Below, piece by piece: positions 11,697-20,000 of a stretch of 20,000 nucleotides of DNA. Every line of letters begins with the position of its first letter. The first letter of the stretch is position 1. The translations under genes were made by a program, and so were the position numbers. The DNA comes from Chiloscyllium plagiosum. Taxonomy: Eukaryota. The notes under the pieces were generated by a model, which made no database searches, had not been told where the DNA came from, and saw only the letters and a program-made list of their open reading frames with translations. The DNA lies in assembly GCF_004010195.1 (NCBI RefSeq), contig NC_057759.1, positions 3,014,047 through 3,034,046 of the forward strand, in the 5' to 3' direction.

Positions 11697-13249
11697 TGTT
11701 GTAATATTCCAGTCTACTGTTCACAGGTTCTGATTGCTGCCATCCCTGTCTCTGCCGCTGCTGATTCTTCTTAATGTCGGAGTTCAAGCATCTGGTGCTA
11801 CAATGGGATAAAACAGTGGAAAAAAAAATCCTTATTAAGAGAAGAGAGAAATCCTCCAGTGACACAGTTAGAATCCATGGAGACATATGGCAATCACAGT
11901 CACTGAACAAACAGTTCCAGTTAACCCGTTTTAAAACAACACGTTCAAATCACAATAAGAACTTGTCTGGATTGGATGTTGACATCGCTGGTCTTTAGTC
12001 TCATCTCCCATCACTAATGGCTCTAGCGAAGGTAGTTGTGAGGAAGAATGATGGATGTTGTCTTATTGCAGGCGAGATAATACTGTTGTGTTGTCCATGT
12101 GCAATGCTCTAACCTCCTTAACTCCCATAGACATCCACTCCCCAATAAAAACACAATCAAGTTGTTGTTACTGTGCTGATTCCTCCTCTACTAGATCAGG
12201 CGCCAATCAACAGATTATCAGTGGGCACATTTGCCATGACCATACACGGGAAGTGTGGATTTGTCTGGACATTCGTCTTATTCCTCTAATTAGGCAATTT
12301 TATGTCTTCAAAACACAACACACTTCAGCTTTCTTTATATGAAATCACAAGCATCAGAAGAGAGTTTATTAGTTTTAAAGTAGTAAAACGGGCATTTTGA
12401 TGACTTCAGTCCAAAGGCAAATGTGGAATGTCCTTGTGCAGGACAACCCATGGATTGCTTAATCAGGGACAGAATGAGTATGGCATTGGCTAAGAGACAG
12501 AAAGGAGTGGCTGTGGAGACCAGAGAGGAATACAGTAAGACCTCCTAGTTACGACTATTCCATCTCTGACAAACAGAATGAAATTCAATGCAAACCAAAG
12601 AACAAATGATATTTCGGGGATGGATGCCAAACAGCAATGTGCATACACCACGACAATTTTATATGTGATGTAGGGAATTATATTACATATAATCACAGGT
12701 CATACAGGTTTTAGATTGTTCCTTTCTGGACAAGATATTCAGAATTAACAACAGACACAGATAACAAAATGTGTAGAGTTACAAGGAGATCACAGTAGAG
12801 TAACAGTTGGGATGTACCTCATTCCAAGCTAGTACAGAGATGATGGGCGGAGTGACCATCATCTTTGGTATAATTATTCTGAGAAATGTACGAAAAGCTT
12901 ACAGAGCCTGAAGAGACAAGGTTATTCATCAAGGATACGGATGGTGTCCGCATCATTTAATTCCTGTTGTTTCATAAAAGATGGTGTCTCTAAAATGTCT
13001 TCCAAATCAAAATAAATTTGCTTATATTCGCACATTTAAGATGATATTGATAAGTGCATTTTTTGGGGGGGAACTTAAAGAAGAAACGTACTTCAGTGTA
13101 ACACAAGTCTCACCGGCACAAGTACGTGGAACAGGAAATGAGCATATTTTCCAAATATAACGGGGTTCAACATGTCGTCCCATCAACAAAGTTAAAATAT
13201 TAGAGATAATGGAAATCTGAAATACAAGCACAAAATAGTGTAGAAATGC

Positions 13250-13510
13250 AACAGGAGAGGTTGTTCCTGCTCATACAAGGAACTAAAACAAGGGGGTTGG
13301 TGGGGAGAGGAGAGTGGACAGATTTAAATTGATATGGAAACAAATGAGGGTCGGAATCAACATGAGAAATAAACCTTTTCAGCCAGCGAGTAGTTAGGGT
13401 GCAGAGTCCATTGCTTGAAAATGTGGCAGAGACAGGTTCAATGCAGAAGAGGCGTTGGATGAAAATGGGCTGACATGTATATGGGAGGAAAGGCAGAAGG
13501 GAATACACTT
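13250..13510 (+). mobile_element. Degraded CR1 3' fragment
   Basis: Remnants ERLFLL...TKTRG...RFKL...FSQRVVRV...LLENVAETGS, typical of the CR1 ORF2 C-terminus. Confidence 0.6.
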
Positions 13511-13827
13511 CTGTCAAGCTGTGCAGAAAGATGCTGGTTTTAATCAATCGTAACATACCTGTACCATCTGACTGATACATTCAATTCTAAATATTCCTGG
13601 TGGAGTAGAGCTGTGGTTGACAAAGCTTTTGTGTTAGCTGTATATGTGTTGGACTATATTAGCTCACTGAAAGCATACAGCACATATAAAGGGAATGGTG
13701 AAGTTCAGTAAGGAATCCCATAACACATTGAACAGCAGAGCAGAATCGATGGGCTGAATGACCTGATTCTGCTGCTATGTGCAGTAAACCACCAACGGAT
13801 TGGACCCACCATTTATTGTTCCAAAGC

Positions 13828-13960
13828 CTAATTGTCCAAAAGGGAAGTTAGTGTCAACCACGTCGTTGAGGGTCTGAAGTCACGTGCACGTCCAGACTAG
13901 ATAGGGAAGAAGATTTCTCTACCTGAAGGACACCACTGAATCAGATTGCTTTTCATTCTG
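13828..13960 (-). mobile_element. SacSINE1-like SINE core fragment
   Basis: GTCAACCACGTCGTTGAGGGTCTGAAGTCACGTG is the reverse complement of the core at ~10122-10157. Confidence 0.55.
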
Positions 13961-13998
13961 AGATATGTTATCACAGTTTTACACTCACTATTAGTAAA

Positions 13999-14225
13999 AC
14001 AAAGTTAAAAATCTCACAACACCAGGCTATGGTTCAACAGGTTAATTTGGAAGTGCAAGCTTTACAAATACTACTCCTTCATCAGGTAGCTAGAGGACCA
14101 TTAGCTACCTGATGAATGAGCAGAGCTCTGAAAGCTTGTACTTTCAAATAAACCTGTTGGATTACAATCTGGTGTTATGAGAATTTGCAAATTTTTCCAC
14201 CCCAGTCTAACACCAGCTCCCACAC
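13999..14225. mobile_element. Palindromic non-autonomous PLE-type element made of two inverted hammerhead-bearing units
   Basis: Left arm ~14008-14092 is the imperfect reverse complement of the right arm 14102-14186, with a 9-nt spacer GAGGACCAT. Confidence 0.8.
14106..14140 (+). ncRNA. Minimal hammerhead ribozyme motif, near-intact
   Basis: TAC-CTGATGA-A-TGAGC aga GCTCT-GAA-AGCT-T-GTA: stem I TAC/GTA, intact core, palindromic AGCT stem III. The closing pair of stem II is degraded. Confidence 0.55.
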
Positions 14226-14239
14226 TTTATGTTAGTAAG

Positions 14240-14494
14240 ATGATCGCCAAGTTTGTGGCTAACGTGAAAATAGATGGGAATGCGAGTGGTGAGCGTGCCA
14301 TTAAGTGGGACACCGATGGAGTTAAGTGAATGGGCAAAAAGCTTTAACTTGTGGAAATATAAGGTGATGCAGGAAGAAAAGAGGAGTTGAAGATTATCTA
14401 AATAGAGAAAGATGGCAGAAAGCTATGAGTCTGAGGGATTTGACAGTCCTCATCCGTGAATCGCAAAATGATAGTGTTTAAATTCAGCAGGTAA
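14240..14494 (+). mobile_element. Host CR1, piece 1 (RT region)
   Basis: IAKFVANVKIDG (SKFADDTK-like) through ...TTCAGCAGGTAA. Resumes at 15238. Confidence 0.7.
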
Positions 14495-15237
14495 GACCAG
14501 ATCGTAAGATTTTGTAGCAGATTTAGGGCCATTTGGTCTCCTCTGCCGTTCGATCATGGATAATATCTTTCTCAATCCTATTCTCCTGCTATCCCCCCAT
14601 TACCATTGATCCCCTTATTAATCAAAATCTATCCATCTTGGTCTTAAAGACGCTTAATGAGTTGGTCTCCACAACCCTCCATGGCAGTGAGTTTCACAGA
14701 TTCATCACCTTTTGGCTGAAGAAATTCCTCCTCAACTCAGTTCTAAACGGTCATTCCTTCAATCCTCGTCTCCCCTTCTCGTGGAAACGTCTTCTTCATC
14801 CCACTCTATTCAGGCCTGTCAGTATTCTCTAATCTTCAATTTGATCTTTCTTCAAAACTTCATCAAGTACAGACCCAGAGTCCTCAACTGCACCTCAATT
14901 GACAAACCCTTCATCTCCCAGATCATTCTTGTAAACCTCCATTGCACCTCCAAGCATGCTAGTGCATCCTTCCTTAGATACAGGGCCTAAAACTGCTCAT
15001 AATATTTCAAATGCGGTCTGACCAGAGCCTCATACATCATCAGCAGTATATCGCTGCTCTTGTATTCTAGCCCTCTTAAAATGAATGTTGACGTTGCGTT
15101 TGTTTTCCTCACTGCTGACTGAAACTGCCTGTTACTCTGAGGAGAATCTTGAACGAGAACTCCCAAAGTACTTTGTGTTTCAGATTTCCCTAGTCTTTCC
15201 CCAGGAAATCGTTTATGTTTCTTCCCACCAATGTGTA
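14495..15237 (-). mobile_element. CR1 3' portion inserted antisense into the host CR1
   Basis: Minus-strand ORF LGVLVQDS...AVRKTNATSTFILRGLEYKSSDILLMMYEALVRPHLKYYEQF, with the 3'UTR toward 14495. Confidence 0.85.
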
Positions 15238-15583
15238 TAGGGAAGGCAAATGGAATGTTGACCTTTATTTCAAAGTGAATGTAGTGTAAAAGTGGGGGTG
15301 TTTCTGCTAAAACTGTACAAGTCACTAGTCAGACCATGCCTTGGACAAGGTTTGGAGGACTCATATCTGAGGGAAGATAAGCTGGGTATTGGAGTCAATT
15401 CAGAGAAGGTATGATCCCAGCTACGAACTAGGTTGGTCCTGTCCGATGAAGGAGTAGATTGGGACTGTCCTCATTGGAGTTTAGAAGAAGAGGCAACCTT
15501 ATTGAAGATTCTTCGAGAGACTTAACAGGGGAGATTCAGAAAGAGACTTGGCCACTTCTATGAGTGAGTCTGGGATCAGCGGG
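15238..15583 (+). mobile_element. Host CR1, piece 2
   Basis: GKANGMLTFISK...LLKLYKSLVRP...LSSLEFRR, collinear with piece 1. Confidence 0.75.
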
Positions 15584-15624
15584 GATCCCTGACTCACCCA
15601 TACAAGAACAAAGGAACAAAGGAA

Positions 15625-16695
15625 GCACCGCCCGTTTCTACCTCCTGCCCAAAATCCACAAACCTGACTGCCCCGGACGACCCATCGTCTCAGCCTGCTC
15701 CTGCCCAACCGAACTCATCTCGGCATACCTCGACACGGTCCTGTCCCCATTAGTCCAAGAACTCCCCACCTACGTTCGTGACACCACCCACGCCCTCCAC
15801 CTCCTCCAGGATTTCCGCTTCCCCGGTCCGCAATGCCTCATCTTCACCATGGACATCCAGTCCCTGTACACCTCCATCCCCCATCACGAAGGACTCAAAG
15901 CACTCCGCTTCTGCCTTTCCCGCCGTACCACCCAGTACCCTTCCACCGACACCCTCCTTCGACTGACCGAACTGGTCCTCACCCTGAACAACTTTTCTTT
16001 CCAATCCTCCCACTTTCTCCAAACAAAAGGAGTAGCCATGGGCACCCGCATGGGCCCCAGCTATGCCTGCCACTTCGTAGGGTATGTGGAACAATCCATC
16101 TTCCGCAAATACACTGGCCCCACCCCCCATCTCTTCCTTCGCTACATTGATGACTGTATCGGCGCTACCCCGTGCTCCCACGAGGAGGTTGAACAGCTCA
16201 TCCACTACACTAACACCTTCCACCCAGACCTCAAATTCACCTGGACAGTCTCGGACTCCTCCCTCCCCTTCCTAGACCTTTCTGTTTCTATCTCAGGCGA
16301 CCGAATCAACACGGACATCTACTACAAACCAACCGACCCCCACAGCTACCTGGACTACACCTCCTCCCATCCTGCCCCCTGTAAAAACGCCATCCCATTC
16401 TCCCAATTCCTTCGTCTCCGCCGCATCTGCTCCCAGGAGGACCAGTTCAAAATACGTACAACACAGATGGCCACCCTCTTCAAGGACCGCAAGTTCCTCC
16501 CCGACGTGGTCGACGGTGCCCTCCACCGCATCTCCTCCACTTCCCGCTCCCCCGCCCTTGAGCCCCGCCCCTCCAACCGCCACCAGGACAGAACCCCACT
16601 GGTCCTCACCTACCACCCCACCAATCTCCATGTACAGCGCATCATCCGCCGTCACTTCCGCCACCTCCAAACAGACCCCAGCACCAAGGATATAT
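15625..16695 (+). mobile_element. Young Neptune-like PLE reverse-transcriptase fragment, open frame of ~356 codons, 5' and 3' truncated
   Basis: FYLLPKIHK, GRPIVS, FTMDIQSLYTSIPH, GVAMGTRMGPSYA, LRYIDD, LPFLDL, YYKPTD. No stops. Lacks the N-terminus and GIY-YIG domain. Confidence 0.95.
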
Positions 16696-16799
16696 GGAGG
16701 ATAGTGGGTTAGTGTAGTTTAGGTGGGCTTGGATCGGCGCAACATCGAGGGCCCAAGGGCCTGTACTGCGCTGTATTCTTCTATGTTCTATGTTCTATG
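16689..16799 (+). mobile_element. Very short CR1 3' end with (TTCTATG)3 tail
   Basis: GCAACATCGAGGGCCCAAGGGCCTGTACTGCGCTGTATTC(TTCTATG)n, homologous to the reverse complement of 18167-18225. Confidence 0.85.
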
Positions 16800-16971
16800 A
16801 CATCTGGAAGAGGTAATAGATGTGTATAGTCTGCAAGATATTACACAATCCATGAGGAGTGACATCTGGAAGAGGTAATAGATGTGTAACTGCTGCAAGA
16901 CATTTCACAGACTATCAGGAGTGACATCTGGAAGAGGTAGTAGACATGTATTGTCTGCAAGATATTACACA
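16798..16971. repeat. Tandem repeat, 62-bp unit, ~2.8 copies
   Basis: TGACATCTGGAAGAGGTA starts at 16798, 16860 and 16922. Confidence 0.9.
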
Positions 16972-16975
16972 GAAG

Positions 16976-17248
16976 TCTTCTTCTTGGCCTCTCCGCCTCC
17001 ATCCTACTCCGACCTATCACCCTCACCTTGACCTCTTTCCACCTATCACATTTCCAACTCCCCTCCTCCAAGTCCCTCCTCCCTACCTTTTATCTTCTCC
17101 TGCTGAACACTCTCTGCTCATTCCTGAAGAAGGGCCTGTGCCCGAAACGTCGAATCTCCTGTTCCCTGGATGCTGTCTGACCTGCTGTGCTGTTCCAGCA
17201 ATAAAGTTTCAACTTTGATCTCCAGCATCTGCAGACCTCACTTTCTCC
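16976..17248 (+). mobile_element. Young PLE 3' terminal repeat (Neptune-type)
   Basis: C/T-rich tract, intact hammerhead, then GATGCTG.CTGACCTGCTG...CCAGCA-AATAAA...CTCCAGCATCTGCAG. Confidence 0.85.
17120..17155 (+). ncRNA. Minimal type I hammerhead ribozyme, intact
   Basis: ATTC-CTGAAGA-A-GGGC ctgt GCCC-GAA-ACGT-C-GAAT: stem I ATTC/GAAT, perfect stem II, palindromic ACGT stem III. Predicted cleavage after GUC at 17151. Confidence 0.8.
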
Positions 17249-17249
17249 A

Positions 17250-17475
17250 AGAATTTCTTCATGCCAAAGAAAACGAATCTGTGGACTTCTTTACAACAGA
17301 GGACAGTCGAGGCTGGATCATGAAATATATTCAAGGCTGAGATGTTTAAGCAGAAAGGTACATTGAGTGCTATCTGGGATAAAGTGGTGTTGAAGACAAT
17401 TAGATCAGCTGCAATCTTGTTGAAAGGTGGAACAGAATCAATGGGCTGAATGGCCTAATTTTGCTCCTATAGTGG
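17250..17475 (+). mobile_element. Host CR1, piece 3 (ORF2 end plus 3'UTR)
   Basis: NFF...NLWTSLQQRTVEAGS...IFKAE, then GATCAGC...ATGGGCTGAATGGCCTAATTTTGCTCCTAT. Confidence 0.75.
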
Positions 17476-17664
17476 TACGGATTCCATTCCTAGAAGAAGT
17501 AATCTTGTGTTTCCTTTCTGACAGAACGATGCAAAGTTATTTTGGAAAATGCTACCTCCAGGTTTCCTATTTGCTTGAACAACAGAGTACACAGTTTCAC
17601 CAGAAGTGGAAGCTCTGACATCTGAAATGAAGAACATAACTTGTAAGGTTCAAAGGACAATATA

Positions 17665-17796
17665 ATGCAGGACTCTGGAGATCTGAAAACAATACAGAGC
17701 ACTGGAGAAACTCAGCAAGTCTGGCAGCGTCTGTGGAGTGAGAGAAAAAAAGCAGTGTTAATGTCTCAGGTCCAGTGTGAATGTCCACCAGAACTA
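17665..17796 (-). mobile_element. Decayed PLE terminal fragment
   Basis: CTGGAGATCTGAAA...CTGGAGAAACTCAGCAAGTCTGGCAGCGTC, the reverse complement of a PLE 3' end, with a degraded hammerhead. Confidence 0.65.
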
Positions 17797-17834
17797 AGGA
17801 GGGAGCGGTGTAAAGGTATTTGAATCCGTGCTCT

Positions 17835-18150
17835 GAACGATGAAAGATGAACATGTTCGACACCTTCTTAACCACCCTATCTACTTGTGACCTAAATTTC
17901 ACAAAACTATGCAACCAAACCCCTCGGTCTCTCCGTTCATCAACAGCACACTGGCCCCTACTATTAAGTGCATACGTCCTGCCCTTGATTTTTTTTAACC
18001 GAAATGCTTGACCTCACATTTACCTACCACTCCTCAATCCATTGACCAAATTGATCAAGACATTTTGGTAATCTTACATAACCTACTTCACTGCTGACTG
18101 CACCATCAATTTTGGTACTTTCCACAAATGTATGGACTATGCCTCCTAAA
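17835..18150 (-). mobile_element. Older CR1 RT-region fragment
   Basis: Minus strand reads FVESTKIDGAVSSEVGYVRL and HSFVKFRSQVDRVVKK. Confidence 0.7.
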
Positions 18151-18166
18151 GCGTTTATATTAAACG

Positions 18167-18581
18167 TAGAACATAGAACAATACAGCGCAAAACAGTTCC
18201 TTCAGCTCCCGATGTTGCACGGACATGTGAACTAATTTAAGCCCATCCCCCTCACTGTCCCATCCTCATCCATGCGCTTATCCAAGGATTGTTTAAATCG
18301 CCCTAATATGGCTGAGTGAACAACATTGGGAGGCAGGGCATTCCACGCCCTTACCATTCTCTGAGTAAAGAACCTGCCTCTGTCATCTGTCTTAAATCTA
18401 TCACCTCTTAATTTGTAGTTATGCCCCCTCATACAAGCTGATGTCATCATCCTAGGAAAAAGACTTTCACTGTCTACCCTATCTAATCATCTGATCATGT
18501 TTCTATGTTGTATGTCTCTAGCAAATCCCCTCTTAGCCTTCTTCTTTCCAATGAGAACAGACTCAAGTTTCTCAGCCTTTC
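18167..18581 (-). mobile_element. CR1 3' end (ORF2 C-terminus plus tail)
   Basis: MRGHNYKLRGDRFKTDDRGRFFTQRMVRAWNALP...FKQSLDKRMD, with the TAGAACATAGAACA tail. Confidence 0.9.
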
Positions 18582-18654
18582 AAAGTTTGGGTGAAGATTT
18601 CTAGCTCGGGTGCTCGTTGTTGTGGTACTGTTCGCCGAGCTGGAAATTTTTGTT

Positions 18655-18694
18655 GCAAACGTTTCGTCCCCTGTCTAGGTGACATCCTCAGTGC
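18655..18694 (-). ncRNA. Minimal type I hammerhead ribozyme, intact core
   Basis: Minus strand GCA-CTGAGGA-T-GTCaCCT agac AGGgGAC-GAA-ACGT-T-TGC: stem I GCA/TGC, palindromic ACGT stem III, GUU cleavage triplet. Confidence 0.75.
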
Positions 18695-19945
18695 TTGGGA
18701 GCCTCCTGTGAAGCGCTTCTGTGGTGTTTCCTCCGGCATTTATAGTGGCCTGTCCCTGCCGCTTCTGTTTGTCAGTTTCAGCTGTCTGCTGTAGTGGCCA
18801 GTATATTGGGTCCAGGTCGATGTGTTTGTTGATGGAGTTTGTGGATGAGTGCCATGCTTCTAGGAATTCCCTGGCTGTTCTTTGTTTGGCTTGCCCTATG
18901 ATGGTAGTGTTGTCCCAGTCGAATTCATGTTGCTTGTCGTCTGCGTGTGTGGCTACTAAGGATAGCTGGTCGTGGCGTTTCGTGGCTACTTGATGTTCAT
19001 GGATGCGGATCGGTAGCTGTCATCCTGTTTGTCCTATATAGTGTTTTGTGCAGCACTTGCATGGGATTTTGTACACTACATTAGTTTTGCTCATGCTGGA
19101 TATCGGGTCCTTCGTTCTGGTAAGTTGTTGTCTGGGGGTGGCTGTTGGTTTGTGTGCTGTTATAAGTCCTAGTGGTCGCAGTAGTCTGGCTGTCAGTTCT
19201 GAAATGCTCCTGATGTATGGTAGTGTGGCTAGTCCTTTGGGTTGCGGCATGTCCTCGTTCCGTTGTCTTTCTCTTAGGCATCTGTTGATGAAATTGCGGG
19301 GGTATCCGTTTTTGGCGAATACCTTGTACAGGTGTTCCTCTTCCCCTTTTTGCAGTTTTGGTGTGCTGCAGTGTGTTGTGGCCCTTTTGAATAGTGTCTT
19401 GATGCAACTACGTTTGTGTGTATTGGGGTGGTTGCTTTCATAGTTCAGGACTTGGTCTGTGTGTGTGGCTTTCCTGTATACCTTTGTGGTGAATTCTCCG
19501 TTCAGTGTTCTCTGTACCATTACGTCTCGGAATGGGAGTTGGTTATCCTTTTCTTCTTCTCTGGTGAATCGGATTCCTGTTAGTGTGGCGTTGATGATCC
19601 GGTGTGTTTTCTCTATTTCTGTGTTTTTAATGATTACAAAGGTGTCATCAACATATCTGACCCAGAGTTTGGGTTGAATTTGTGGCAAGACTGTGTTTGT
19701 TCTAACCTTTGCATAACTGTTTCTGCTATGAGTCCAGAGATCGGTGAGCCCATGGGTGTTCCGTTGATTTGTTCGTATATCTGGTTGTTGAATGTGAAGT
19801 GTGTTGTGAGGCACAAGTCCAGTAGTTTAAGTATGCCGTCTTTGTTGATAGGTTCAACGTCCTGTTGTCTGTTCTGTATGTCCAGCAGGTTGGCTATTGT
19901 TTCTCTGGCTAGGGTTTTGTCAATACAGGTGTACAGTGCCGTTAC
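18675..19945 (-). pseudogene. PLE RT/GIY-YIG ORF remnant with two lesions
   Basis: Frameshift near 19695 (apparent extra CA in ACAAACACAGTC) and a premature TGA at 19022-19020. The frame continues QLPIRIHEHQ...REFLEAWHS...LPSTEDVT to TAG at 18677-18675. Confidence 0.85.
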
Positions 19946-19995
19946 TAAAGCCCTAGCCAGAGAAACAATAGCCAACCTACTGGACATACAGAACA
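19870..19995. repeat. 49-bp inverted repeat (fold-back) at the PLE 5' truncation
   Basis: 19870-19918 versus 19947-19995, two mismatches, 28-nt spacer. Confidence 0.9.
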
Positions 19996-20000
19996 AAAAA

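Larger units (their letters stand above)
18582..19946 (-). mobile_element. 5'-truncated Poseidon-like Penelope-like element
   Basis: RT (VTALYT, GTPMGSPIS, WVRYVDD, YRKATHT), LPY linker, GIY-YIG (NVVYKIPC..C..HYIGQTG), and a 3' repeat with a hammerhead. Confidence 0.95.

Noticed and set aside
12200..12696. Hydrophobic 68-aa ORF and an acceptor followed by ANAILILS, reminiscent of GPCR exon 2
   Set aside because: Lies upstream of exon 1, similarity stops after a few residues, and there are no DRF/DRY or later TM motifs.
15564..16712. 382-aa ORF as a functional or domesticated RT gene
   Set aside because: Starts at a GTG within junction sequence and is truncated at both ends. Openness is explained by recent insertion. 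Overlapping ORFs in other frames are shadows.
16798..16971. CRISPR-like repeat-spacer array
   Set aside because: The intervening segments are homologous to each other, the context is eukaryotic, and there are no cas genes.
18591..19677. Several plus-strand ORFs of 67-131 aa
   Set aside because: Antisense shadows of the minus-strand PLE ORF.

Overview
Eukaryotic, repeat-dominated vertebrate DNA; the repeat families point to a cartilaginous fish, probably a shark (inferred from remembered consensus similarity, not from a search). Most recognisable sequence is nested retroelement debris: CR1 and L2 LINE fragments, tRNA-derived SacSINE1/Deu-like SINEs, and two lineages of Penelope-like elements (PLEs), one Neptune-like and one Poseidon-like. 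The only well-supported host-gene feature is coding exon 1 of a GPR139/GPR142-like class A GPCR on the minus strand (11696-11564). Its second exon was not found in the window. The main structural signals are: minimal hammerhead ribozyme motifs with palindromic stem III in the PLE 3' repeats (two intact, one near-intact, about six decayed); a ~190-bp palindrome made of two back-to-back hammerhead units; a composite insertion fusing an open 1.07-kb PLE reverse-transcriptase fragment to a CR1 3' tail; fold-back junctions; and a small locally templated insertion. No prokaryotic-type features, CRISPR arrays, rRNA or tRNA genes were seen. Boundaries of the degraded repeats are approximate.
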